From positions 248,001-312,000 of the forward strand of contig NW_025767398.1 of the NCBI RefSeq assembly GCF_003918875.1: DNA of 64,000 nt. Reading direction: 5' to 3'. Below, in pieces: positions 11,598 to 23,359 of the stretch; the stretch's first letter is position 1, and every line of letters starts with the position of its first letter. The notes beneath the pieces are model-generated. The model was not told the origin of the DNA and searched no databases. It worked only from the letters and a program-made list of their open reading frames with translations. The DNA comes from Haliotis rubra. Taxonomy: Eukaryota. The translations under genes and the position numbers were made by a program.

Positions 11598-14135
11598 TTA
11601 TATGTTTTCTGACCTAGTATTTTCTGTAAATAGATCGTGGAGAGATGACCAGAAGGTAAAAAACTCACTGTTGCTGCATGTAGAGTACGCATTATATTTT
11701 GTAATTTTATGGTATTTTGATACTTCGCTTACTACATGTTTGAAACTTGGAACTTGTTCTTTTATTTTTTGTGTGTATATTACCAGTTTCACAACAAGAC
11801 ATATTGCATTTAGAGAATTATTGTTTTTCCCTTTAAATCCAAGTACGATGTTTTCTGGTGTAAAGTCAATATTACCTTCAGTTACAGTCATCAACCATCT
11901 GGTCAAACTCTCCCAAATCTTTTTAACTTGACAACAATTACAGAGTAGGTGGACAATTGTTTCTAGTTCCTTTGAACAGAATGTACACAAAGGTGTGTCC
12001 TTTAGACCGATCCTATTTAAGAAAATATTTGTGGGTAGAATATCATACAATATCTTCATCTGTAACCATTTCAAATCGCTACATTTTGTGGATCGTTTTG
12101 CCATCATATATATATTTCGTAGCATTGTGTTATCATACTGTGTTTCAAAGACTCTTTCCCACTTTTTATGAGCATAAGACTTATTGTAATTGGAGTCCAG
12201 TAAAGAAAGGTAAAAAGTTTTGGTGCCTTTGACCTTTAGATTAAGCTTGGATATGTTAAATGGTAGTATTGGTGAGAATGGGAGTATTTTAGGTAGAAGG
12301 ATTTGTCTTCTCTTTAAGCAGGCAATTATGGAAGATTTAATACTGTGATATCTTAAGATATTTGTTTCAAATTGGTATATTTTTTGTAGTTCTTCGTAAG
12401 TATAGAATTCCCCTGTGGTTGGGTTCATTAGATCATATATAAAGTGTATTCCAGCATTGTACCAATTGATTATAAAATTTGTTTCGTTACCTATGCTAAA
12501 CATATAATGTAACCAAATACATTGATTTAACATGTCATTTGGGTTTATTATCTTATAATGCTTTTGTAAATATGATCCCCATGCAGAAATTACATCTCTC
12601 CAAAATGGATTTCTTGTGTATGGTTTTATATGTTTTTCCAAATATTCAGGATCAGCTAACCAAAGTCTTCCGTAATTAGGTATACAGTTATCCACTAATG
12701 ATTTCCATTTGCAGTTACTGGAATATAATTTTTTTATCCATGTTATTTTATGTGCATAAATATTATTCTTAATGAGTGGGACACTAATTCCTCCGTAATC
12801 AGGTGGCATAGCCAAAACGTCTCTTTTAATTTTGTCTGGTTTATTTTTCCATACAAATTTGAAGCAGGCTTGTTGAAATTGATTTATTATTTCATCTGGG
12901 GGTGATGGAATTGAGGAAAATAAATGGTTTAATTTTGCAAGCAGTAGTGATTTCAAAACAGCATTTCTACCGATTGGAGTAAGTGTTCTTATTGACCATA
13001 ATTTCATTTCCTTCTCTATCTTTTTGAACTTATCATCGTAATTCAGTTTCACCATTTTGTCAAGGTCTACATCAAACATAATACCCAGTACCTTGAAGTC
13101 GTTTTGACTCCAATCTAAGTTCCAGTCTTTACAGAGTTTATATCTACATCTTTTCTTTGAACCTATCCAGATCAGTCTTGTCTTGTCAGCATTAATTTTC
13201 AAGCCAGAAAACCTTGCAAAAAAGGATAAAATGTTCAGTAAGGCATATAGGCTACTCTCAGTGCCATCTAAAGATAAAGAGGTATCGTCAGCAAATTGTG
13301 CAAGAACATATTCAATACTTCCTTTTTTAATACCTTTTTATTTTTATTATTTCTGATAAGTAAAGCTAAAATTTCTGCGCATAAAACAAAAATATATGGC
13401 GATACCGGATCTCCTTGGCGACAACCTCTGGCTATAGGAAAAAAGGTGCTAGCAAATCCATTGACAAGTTCACTTGATTGCATATCATTAAAAAAAGTTC
13501 TGATCCACTTCTGAAAACTAGGTCCAAAATTAAAGAATCTTAATACCTTTAGTATGAAGTTTCTGTCAACTGAATCAAAAGTCTTTTCAAAATCTATTAG
13601 AACTAAAAGCCCTGGTATTTGGTAAGATTCTGTATACTCCATTAGATCGTATATCAGCCTTGTGACCTCACCAATATATCTTCCTGGTACAAAGCCTTTT
13701 GATCATCATTTATTATTACTGGTAATACTTTCTTCATTCTATTAGCTATAACCGCTGATGCAATTTTATATGATGTGTTAAGAAGAGAAATTGGCCGCCA
13801 ATTTTTTAAAAATAGTTTTGGTTTGTTTTCTTTTGGTAAGCATGTAATTAATCCTTGTTTCTGGGTGACTGATAGATTTTCGTTTTGATATGCATAATTT
13901 AACGAGTTTATTAAGAATTTGTTCAAGTCTATCCAGAAGAATTTTATAAATTCTGTTGTAAACCCGTCTGGTCCGGGACTTTTTTCATTTTTCATTTTTT
14001 TCAATGCTTCAAGGGTTTCCTCATATGTTAGTTCTCCCTCTAAAGTTGCGGTACTGTCTTCATTTAGTTTTGGTATATTGTATTTGTTTAACAAATAATC
14101 AAGATTAATTTGTGTGCAGTTTTCATTTTTATACT
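11598..14135 (-). pseudogene. Tx1/L1 ORF2 reverse transcriptase and C-terminal zf-RVT region (frameshifted)
   Basis: KSPGPDG, NWRPISLLN, IDFEKTFD, RGCRQGDPVSP, QFADD, CTFC...ETIVHLLCNC. Confidence 0.92.
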
Positions 14136-15490
14136 GCAAGGAGTGTGTGTATTTTCGCGCTGTGAGAAGTTTATAACAGGATGTTTTGGTGAGTGAATAT
14201 GTGGATGAAGCTCAGAAAACACCTGATTTATACTAATATTCATTATGTACTATGTAATTCTCTACTTGCGCACTCACACTTCCGTAGTATACGCGGATAT
14301 GTAGCTTACAACCGTGAACCGTGAACGGAACATTATCCTTTTACTAGTGATGAACTACTTGAATAACTTAGTTCTCCACTACACGTTGACAGCATTATAT
14401 AATAGTAGATATTCTCATTATAAAATGTTACTTGCTCAGGCAGAGTGTACATTTCTATTTTTGACACTGCAAAGGGGTGTATGTATTTTCGCGCTGTGAG
14501 GAGTTAATAACAGGATGTTTTGATGTGTGAATATGTGGATGAAGCTCAGAAACCACCTGATTTATACTAATATTCACTATGTACTATGTAACTCTCTACT
14601 TGCGTACTCACACTTCCGTAGTATACGCGGATATGTAGCTTACAACCGTGACCCGTGAACGGAATATTATCCTTTTACTAGTGATGAACTGCTTGAATAA
14701 CTTAGTTCGCCACTACACGTTGACAGCATTATATAATAGTAGATATTCTCATTGTAACATGTTACTTGCTCAGGCAGACTGTACATTTTTATGTTTTGAC
14801 ACTGCAAGGAGTGTATGTATTTTTGCGCAGTGAGGAGTTTATAACAGGATGTTTTGAAGTGTGAATATGTGGATGAAGCTCAGAAACCATCTGATTTATA
14901 CTAATATTCACTATGTACTACGTAGTTGTTTTTTGTTGTTGTTTTTTATTTACTTACTTACACTTCCGTAGTATACGAGGATGTATATTTTACACCCGTG
15001 AACGTAACATTATCCTTTTACTAGAGATGAACTACTTGAATACCTTATTTCTCCACTACATGTGGACAGCATTATATAATAATGGATATTTTCATTATGA
15101 AAGGTTGCTTGCTCAGTCAGAGTGTGCATTTCTACTTTTTTTTTGGACACTGCAAGGGATGTATGTATCTTCACGCAGTATGGAGTTGATAATAGGATGT
15201 TTTGACATGCGAATATGTGGATGAAGCTCAGTAACCATCAGATTTATACTAATATTCAATAGGTACTATGTAATTTTCTATTTACGGATTCACACTTCCG
15301 TAGCATATGCAAATGTAAAGCTTACAACCGCGAACGTTACATTATCCTTTAACTAGAGATGAACTACTTGAGCAACTTAGTTCCCCAATACATGCTGACA
15401 GCATATTATATAATAATTCATTATGAAAGGTTATTTGCTCAGGCAGAGTGTATATTTTATTTCTTGACAATGCAAGGAGTGGGTATACAT
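14133..15490 (+). repeat. Tandem array of about four ~334-bp units
   Basis: Unit start actgcaagg.. at 14133, 14466, 14801, 15149 and about 15470; shared tgtggatgaagctcag and cacacttccgtag. Confidence 0.92.
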
Positions 15491-15868
15491 TTGCGCAGTT
15501 AGGATCTCATAATAGAATTGAACACTTAATTGATGTAACTCACTGTTTTAGTTATGTATCAGCTTCGATAATACAATATCTGATATTACGCAAAATATAC
15601 CCACATAGTTGCATTATAACTAAACACTTCATGTCAATCCTCTTAAAAGTAAGGTGTGTACCAAAGAAACCACAAATTTTCCCGGTTTTCAGAAGCGGGA
15701 AGCACTTTTATACTCACAAGTTTGAAATGTTTTATACTTTGTTATCATACACAAATAACGAAAATTCCACAAAGCATGTTACTGACATATACACTTTCAC
15801 AAATCCCATTCTATACCATTGTTACGACTACAAACCATTCGAATTAGATACACTCCGCATCTTTGAAA

Positions 15869-17140
15869 ATGGCTGAAAAGGAAAAAATTAAGATTATGTC
15901 TTTAAACTGTAGGGGCTTAAACAATTCATTTAAAAGAAACAAGGTGTTCCGATTCTTACGAAAAAAAAGCCCACATATATTGCTTACAAGATGTACACTT
16001 TACTAAAGAACAAGAACAAATCATTAAACAACAATGGGGCTACAATCATTGCTACATGACATCATTTAAAAGTAATGCTAGAGCAACGGCTGTCTTTTTT
16101 AATAACAACTTTGAATTTAAAGTTGAGGATGTGGTTGCCGATAATGAGTCAGGAAATTATGTAATATTAAAAGTAAATATATGTGAAAAGTCTACACAAT
16201 AGCAAGCATATATGGCCCAAACCAAGATACGCCAGAATTTTATGATACAATTAAAGATCATATGGACCGCCTAGGAGGAACACAAACTATTTTATGCGGA
16301 GACTGGAATTTAGTACAAGACCCTAGAAAAGATACCTTTAACTATAAAAATATTAACAACCCAAAGGCCAGAGAAAAAAATATAGATCTGATATACGTTT
16401 TAGATTTAAAAGATCCATGGAGAGAAACAAACCCTTTCGAGAAAAGATTTACCTGGCGCCAACCTACTCCAATTAAACAAGCTCGACTAGATTATTTTCT
16501 GATCTCTCATAGTTTATTACAGAATGTTATCAAGTGTGACATACATCCAAGCGTAGATTCAGATCATTCACTTATTTCTATGACATTAGCTCTATCTGAA
16601 ACACAAAGAGGAAAAGGTTTTTGGAAATTCAACAATTCTTTATTACAAGATCCAAAGTATGTACAATTAGTTAAGGAAACTATTAAAAGCACGTTGACCA
16701 AATATAACACAAAAACAGAAGACCAAACTCCAAAATACCAAATTAATGATCAACTTCTATGGGAAATGATTCTTATGGAAATCAGAGGACTAACAATTTA
16801 CTATATACATCAACAAAGAGGAAAAAAGATAAGAGTAGAATCAATGAACTAGAAACATTATTGCATGATTTAGAGATAGAATTAGATAACAATGACAGTT
16901 TACAGGCCAAAGAAGAAATTTTAAAAAGAATAAATGATATAAAAAGTGAACTTAATGAATTTGAACAAATAAAACAAAGGGAGCATTTATTAGATCAAAA
17001 GCAAAATGGACAGAACAGGGAGAAAAACCAAGTAGATACTTTTTAAACTTGGAATTTAGAAACTTTCTAAACAAGTCTATATCAGAAATTAAAAAACCTG
17101 ATGGATCAACTATTAAAGGTCAAGAAGAAATACTTAAATA
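15869..17140 (+). pseudogene. Tx1/L1 ORF2 N-terminal AP-endonuclease domain (inverted segment)
   Basis: MSLNCRGLN, YGPN, CGDWN, LKDPWR..NP..KRFTW, RLDYFL, SDH, FWKFNNSLL, GEKPSRYF, ends QEEILK. Confidence 0.9.
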
Positions 17141-20100
17141 TTTTATTGCTCCTGACAGAGAACAGTTATTAGAATGTATTGTTTTGAAAATAAGTAAAAA
17201 CTCACTTTTCCAAATATTTAACCCCTGACCCCGTTTGAGGGGTCACGGCAGGAAAAATACCCCACACCCAGACTACAATAAACCATCTCAAAGTCTTTTC
17301 ATGCTTTAAGTATAACTGTAACATAAATATTGATCATTTTAGAGCTATTGAAGCAAGAATACCTTCTTAAAACAATTACCAACTAGAAAGTGTAGAAAAA
17401 CAGCTTTAAAGTTTGATTTGTCCCTTAGATGCAATGCATTTTTCAAAGTTAAAGTCATCGTGTGGCTCCAACTAATTAATGAACCTTAAATATTGTCACT
17501 GTTCCTGATAGAAAGCAGTTATAAGAATGTATTTTGTGAAAAAAAAGAAAAACTCATTTCGTCAATTTCCCCAAAAGAGGTGTGTGGGGGTGTGGGGGTG
17601 GGTATGTGTGTGTGTTTTGCACGGCGGTGAAAATTCCCCGCACTCAGGCTGCAGACACCTGGAATTTGAATGTACGTATGATAAGCTTTCAGAAAAATAT
17701 AGTCTTCAAAATTCCCCTATATCAGTCAACTCTATCAGTCCATGGACTATCTCAGGATGACCGAGAGGTCCCGAGTCAGTGGCCAGAATTTCTTAGACTG
17801 GTCAGCTAGTTTAAACAAGTGTAATAAAGACTGGTGTTCAGGGACAGTGGGGACTTTAACACCCAAGGCTGTGTCTATTACAGTACTGCTGGCTGTCAGA
17901 TATGTAGACAGCGTGGAACCCTTCAGTTTCCTGGATGTATGTAAGTGCTGTTACTCGGCAACTATCTGAGGTCATGCTGTAATAGGGAAAGTGAAGTCAT
18001 TCGTCTTGCAAGAAGCCTCATAATTTTTCCATTTGTCATCGTAGAGGGCCTGTGTACAGGAACGATTAGCTGTGGTAATAGCCGTAGCCACCTGCTTCTA
18101 GTAACCCTTAGTGATCAAGGATTAATGCAGATGGGCCATAAGTGTAGATTGAGCATCTGTGGAGACCAATGTAGCTGATCTGAGTGAGATGGGATCACTA
18201 CGTCAGCGCAGTTTTGGATTTGTATCTGTGAGTTCTAGTAGGTCGACAAACCAACTTCTGGACGATCACTAAGGCACGACAAAAAGCAGTGTGAAATCCT
18301 GTGTCGATCGTAGTTTGAGTAGAACTCGTGGAAGTAGTATACAGGATATCGGTTCAAGATCACTTTTGACAAAAGCCATTGTAAAGCTTTATTTCATAAA
18401 TAAAGCTTTTATCAGGCCCTAATCTCTTCCGCTATTGTATATACCACTTTTTAATCCCACAGCCAACTTCCTGGTCACTATGACCGCGAGCCAACACTCC
18501 CCGGTGGCCCTTAAATTTTAACCTGAGTAGGCGCTTACGTTCGTTTATGTAGTCCTTTTCCTTCTCGTAGATAAGCTGGTGCCGGACTACGTTTGCCCCT
18601 TGGGCTTTACATAGGCAGTAGTGGCATTTCACTCCGATACCGCACACGGAGCATGTGTAGTTCACGAAACCATTTCTGATGCTCCTCATATGAAAACCTT
18701 GGAATTATGTTCACTCCTAAATTATCCTGGAGTAAAGCTACATCTTGCCTTGCATCACAAGCTAGTAAGGCAATATTCTCTGTTAAAAATTTCCAAAGGA
18801 AACTTGGCAGCATTAATTGTACAGATTTATTTAAAATCTTTGATTGTATGATATCACCCATTCTCTGTTATGGGTCTGAAATCTGGGGCACATCCTACTG
18901 TAATACTATTGAATCTGTCAATATTAAATTCTGTAAATATGTCTTGAAACTTGGAAAATCCACCTGTAACAATATGGTCTTGGGTGAATGTGGAAGAGTG
19001 CCTTTACAGTTTACTTATACAACCGATGCAGTGAAATACTGGTGCAGACTTCTAAACAAGCCTGACTATAGATTACCAAAACAATGTTATTTTATGCTAT
19101 TATCTTTCGACAGGGTAGGACGAAATTCATGGGCAACTAGAATTAAAAATATTCTTTTTCAATTTGGTTTTGGATTTGTTTGGATAAGTCAGGAAATTGG
19201 TGATCACAAACTATTTATGGAATCATTTAAACAGAGACTACATGATAATTTATTTCAATCTTGGCATTCATCTTTGGACAGTAACTGTAAATGTCTTTAC
19301 TATAAGCAATTCAAATCTTTGCTAAATGTTGAGAGCTACTTGATAAATAATGATATCCCTCAATATTTAAAAACTATATATGCCCGATTTCGGGGCTGAA
19401 ATTTTAAACTAGCAGTTAAAACGGGCAGATACACTGATGTCACTAAGAAATTTTAAAAAGAATAAATGATATAAAAAGTGAACTTAATGAATTTGAACAA
19501 ATAAAACAAAGGGAGCATTTATTAGATCAAAAGCAAAATGGACAGAACAGGGAGAAAAACCAAGTAGATACTTTTTAAACTTGGAATTTAGAAACTTTCT
19601 AAACAAGTCTATATCAGAAATTAAAAAACCTGATGGATCAACTATTAAAGGTCAAGAAGAAATACTTAAATATTTTATTGCTCCTGACAGAGAACAGTTA
19701 TTAGAATGTATTGTTTTGAAAATAAGTAAAAACTCACTTTTCCAAATATTTAACCCCTGACCCCGTTTGAGGGGTCACGGCAGGAAAAATACCCCACACC
19801 CAGACTACAATAAACCATCTCAAAGTCTTTTCATGCTTTAAGTATAACTGTAACATAAATATTGATCATTTTAGAACTATTGAAGCAAGAATACCTTCTT
19901 AAAACAATTACCAACTAGAAAGTGTAGAAAAACAGCTTTAAAGTTTGATTTGTCCCTTAGATGCAATGCATATTTCAAAGTTAAAGTCATCGTGTGGCTC
20001 CAACTAATTAATGAACCTTAAATATTTCCACTGTTCCTGATAGAAAGCAGTTATTAGAATGTATTTTGTGAAAAAAAAGAAAAACTCATTTCGTCAATTT

Positions 20101-21972
20101 CCCCAAAAGGGGTGTGTGGGGGTGTGGGGGTGGGTATGTGTGTGTGTTTTGCACGGCGGTGAAAATTCCCCGCACTCAGGCTGCAGACACCTGGAATTTG
20201 AATGTACCTATGATAAGCTTTCAGAAAAATATAGTCTTCAAAATTCCCCTATATCAGTCAACTCTATCAGTCCATGGACTATCTCAGGATGACTAAGAGG
20301 TCCCGAGTCAGTGGCCAGAATTTCTTAGACTGTTCAGCTAGTTTAAACAAGTGTAATAAAGACTGGTGTTCAGGGACGGTGGGGACTTTAACACCCAAGG
20401 CTGTGTCTATTACAGTACTGCTGGCTGTCAGATATGTAGACAGCGTGGAACCCTTCAATTTCCAGGAAGTATGTAAGTGCTGTTACTCGGCAACTATCTG
20501 AGGTCATGCTGTGATAGGGAAAGTGAAGTCATTCGTCTTGCAAGAAGCCTCATAATTTTTCCATTTGTCATCGTAGAGGGCCTATGTACGGGAACGATTA
20601 GCTGTGGTAATAGCCGTAGCCACCTGCTTCTAGTAACCCTTAGTGATCAAGGATTAATGCAGATGGGCCATAAGTGTAGATTGAGCATCTGTGGAGACCA
20701 ATGTAGCTGATCTGAGTGAGATGGGATCACTACGTCAGCGCAGTTTTGGATTTGTATCTGTGAGTTCTAGTAGGTCGACAAGCCAACTTCTGGACGATCA
20801 CTAAGGCACGACAAAAAGCAGTGTGAAATCCTGTGTCGATCGTAGTTTGAGTAGAACTCGTGGAAGTAGTATACAGGATATCGGTTCAAGATCACTTTTG
20901 ACAAAAAGCCATTGTAAAGCTTTATTTCATAAATAAAGCTTTTATCAGGCCCTAATCTCTTCCGCTATTGTATATACCACTTTTTAATCCCACAGCCAAC
21001 TTCCTGGTCACTATGACCGCGAGCCAACACTCCCCGGTGGCCCTTAAATTTTAACCTGAGTAGGCGCTTACGTTCGTTTATGTAGTCCTTTTCCTTCTCG
21101 TAGATAAGCTGGTGCCGGACTACGTTTGCCCCTTGGGCTTTACATAGGCAGTAGTGGCATTTCACTCCAATACCGCACACGGAGCATGTGTAGTTCACGA
21201 AACCATTTCTGATGCTCCTCATATGGAAACCTTGGAATTATGTTCACTCCTAAATTATCCTGGAGTAAAGCTACATCTTGCCTTGCATCACAAGCTGGTA
21301 AGGCAATATTCTCTGTTAAAAATTTCCAAAGGAAACTTGGCAGCATTAATTGTACAGATTTATTTAAAATCTTTGATTGTATGATATCACCCATTCTCTG
21401 TTATGGGTCTGAAATCTGGGGCACATCCTACTGTAATACTATTGAATCTGTCAATATTAAATTCTGTAAATATGTCTTGAAACTTGGAAAATCCACCTGT
21501 AACAATATGGTCTTGGGTGAATGTGGAAGAGTGCCTTTACAGTTTACTTATACAACCGATGCAGTGAAATACTGGTGCAGACTTCTAAACAAGCCTGACT
21601 ATAGATTACCAAAACAATGTTATTTTATGCTATTATCTTTCGACAGGGTAGGACGAAATTCATGGGCAACTAGAATTAAAATATTCTTTTTCAATTTGGT
21701 TTTGGATTTGTTTGGATAAGTCAGGAAATTGGTGATCACAAACTATTTATGGAATCATTTAAACAGAGACTACATGATAATTTATTTCAATCTTGGCATT
21801 CATCTTTGGACAGTAACTGTAAATGTCTTTACTATAAGCAATTCAAATCTTTGCTAAATGTTGAGAGCTACTTGATAAATAATGATATCCCTCAATATTT
21901 AAAAACTATATATGCCCGATTTCGGGGCTGAAATTTTAAACTAGCAGTTAAAACGGGCAGATACACTGATGT
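16913..21972 (+). repeat. Tandem duplication, two ~2532-bp copies (16913-19440 and 19445-21972)
   Basis: Near-identical ORFs at offset 2532-2533 (17527/20059, 18707/21240). Confidence 0.95.
17751..18380 (-). pseudogene. DIRS element: end of methyltransferase-like domain and N-terminal half of tyrosine recombinase (second copy 20283-20913)
   Basis: LLPRVLLKLR...RSWFVDLLEL; STQALYDDKW; ...DLSVILR, which continues into LTNEYEPL at 8490. Confidence 0.65.
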
Positions 21973-22386
21973 TGCATATAATGAAAGGCATTGCCTGTTC
22001 TGTAAATTAAATGGTATCTTCGTTGTTGAAGATGAATGGCATGTGTTTTATATCTGTGATGCATATTCTCATATAAAAAATAAGTACATATTAATTTTAT
22101 ATCAATATTACAGAGTAAAAATGTTAATATTATCAAGGATGTATGTCTATTTTTATACTTAGTTGACATGAAACACAAATCTAAATGAAATATATATGTG
22201 CTCTACATATCATCAATTTATGTACATGTATTTTTACTGAAATACTGAAATAAAATTCTGTTCTGTTCTGTTCATATGAAAACAGCAGCACCCCTCAGTC
22301 CTACATCTCCTACCACAGGTCTCGGTTTTCCCCATAAGCACGTACTGACACCAATACGGAGCTGGTCTCATCTTTGGTATACTCAT
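20965..22386 (-). pseudogene. Polinton Cys/His-rich small protein split by the RTE-X insertion (pieces 22272-22386 and 20965-21222)
   Basis: Removing the LINE and one TSD joins MSIPKMRPAPYWCQY..CGRRCRTEGCCCFH to MRSIRNGFVNYTCSVCGIGVKCHYCLCK. Confidence 0.6.
21231..22271 (+). mobile_element. 5'-truncated RTE-X-like LINE with (TTCTG)n tail; partial duplicate at 18698-19440
   Basis: PILCYGSEIWG, KFCKYVL, VLGECGRVPL, VKYW; tail aataaaattctgttctgttctg; TSD tcatatgaaaac at 18686-18697 and 22272-22283. Confidence 0.8.
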
Positions 22387-22394
22387 ATGGGTAC

Positions 22395-22820
22395 CTAGTT
22401 TAATTGTTTTGCGATTAACACAGTTGCTGCTAGGCACAGCACGGCGAAGGCCACTTCCCGGTCCTTTTGCCCCTGGGAGGGTGCGTAGTACTGAGACAGT
22501 GTGGGTTTACCGAGGGGTTCGAGCTGTTTGCCGGTCAGCAGGTAGTATTCTTTCACGTCATCGTCGACGTCATTGAACGTTCGAACGGCATGGTTTTCAC
22601 GCTTGAATTGGTCGTTAATGAAATCGAGTCTCTGCATACGTTTCATCGTGTACTCAGCTTCTGCAGCCTGCAGTTGCTCCACGGCTATATAGTGTCGTTT
22701 TCGTTCCGCTTCTACCTCGGCCGTGTTCGACACCCGTAGTTCCGAGAAGAGGTAATTGCTCCCGGAAAATGCCAGGGAGTTTACTAAAGCCCCGCCGAAC
22801 ATCATAGCGATCGTAGCCAT
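22395..22820 (-). CDS. Polinton small protein with hydrophobic N- and C-termini and central coiled coil (141 aa)
   Basis: Intact ATG ORF MATIAMMFGGALVNSLAFSGSNYLF...ERKRH... Confidence 0.7.
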   Translation of the reverse strand: MATIAMMFGGALVNSLAFSGSNYLFSELRVSNTAEVEAERKRHYIAVEQLQAAEAEYTMKRMQRLDFINDQFKRENHAVRTFNDVDDDVKEYYLLTGKQLEPLGKPTLSQYYAPSQGQKDREVAFAVLCLAATVLIAKQLN

Positions 22821-22837
22821 CCTATATACACCTATAT

Positions 22838-23065
22838 TTATATCAAAAGATTTCCTGGTGCGATCCCTTGTTTCACGAGGATGTCCTTGGTAGCCATCGC
22901 CATACCCAGGTTCATGATGAGCATGCCCATATCCTGCTGGTCAAAATCGAGTTTGATAGTCGGTTGTTTAAGGACCCTCTTGGTCAGTCGAGCGTATGCT
23001 ACGGCTAGGCCAGCGACCACGGTGGCGTGGTATGCTTCGTTAATGAACGTTTTCCCCTCAGACAT
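22838..23065 (-). CDS. Polinton small hydrophobic protein (75 aa)
   Basis: Intact ATG ORF in a tightly packed co-directional cluster. Confidence 0.6.
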   Translation of the reverse strand: MSEGKTFINEAYHATVVAGLAVAYARLTKRVLKQPTIKLDFDQQDMGMLIMNLGMAMATKDILVKQGIAPGNLLI

Positions 23066-23095
23066 GATGTATATGATATCGAAATATATTTTTAA

Positions 23096-23350
23096 TTATA
23101 ACATAATATGGGGGTTGACCTCTACTCGTGTCTGTGGGGTTGGCTTTGGGGATTTACTACGTAGCATGAATAATGAGAGAGCAGTAGCAGCAGCAGCTAT
23201 CCACAGAGTATAGTTACTCTTGTGATGCTTAGCCAAGCCACCTTTTCTACTGGCGGCAACTCTCTTAGGGTTCTTCTTCTTGGTGACTTGCGTCGGGGTT
23301 TCCTCCTCCTCTGGGGTCGGAGTCACTTCCCGATCCATCTTGTATACCAT
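23096..23350 (-). CDS. Polinton small protein: basic KKKNPKRVA motif plus one TM helix (84 aa)
   Basis: Intact ORF; decayed homologue at about 640-920 (VTKKPKNPKK...VVIAAVWLF). Confidence 0.62.
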   Translation of the reverse strand: MVYKMDREVTPTPEEEETPTQVTKKKNPKRVAASRKGGLAKHHKSNYTLWIAAAATALSLFMLRSKSPKPTPQTRVEVNPHIML

Positions 23351-23359
23351 TACTATTAA

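Larger units (their letters stand above)
11364..17144 (-). mobile_element. Tx1/L1-clade LINE with poly(A) tail, TSD and 5' inversion
   Basis: Poly(T) at about 11371-11407; cttaaatatttt at 11364-11375 and 17133-17144; RT on minus strand, endonuclease on plus strand. Confidence 0.88.
8491..17750 (-). mobile_element. Unclassified DNA transposon inserted into the DIRS element; AT-rich subterminal repeats at about 11190-11370 and 17140-17560; interrupted by a Tx1 LINE
   Basis: DIRS recombinase reading frame resumes on either side; the block ttgatcattttagagctattgaagcaagaat... occurs at 11211 and 17331. Confidence 0.55.

Noticed and set aside
14133-15490. CRISPR-like array
   Set aside because: Units are ~334-bp whole-unit repeats without unique spacers; eukaryotic context; no cas genes
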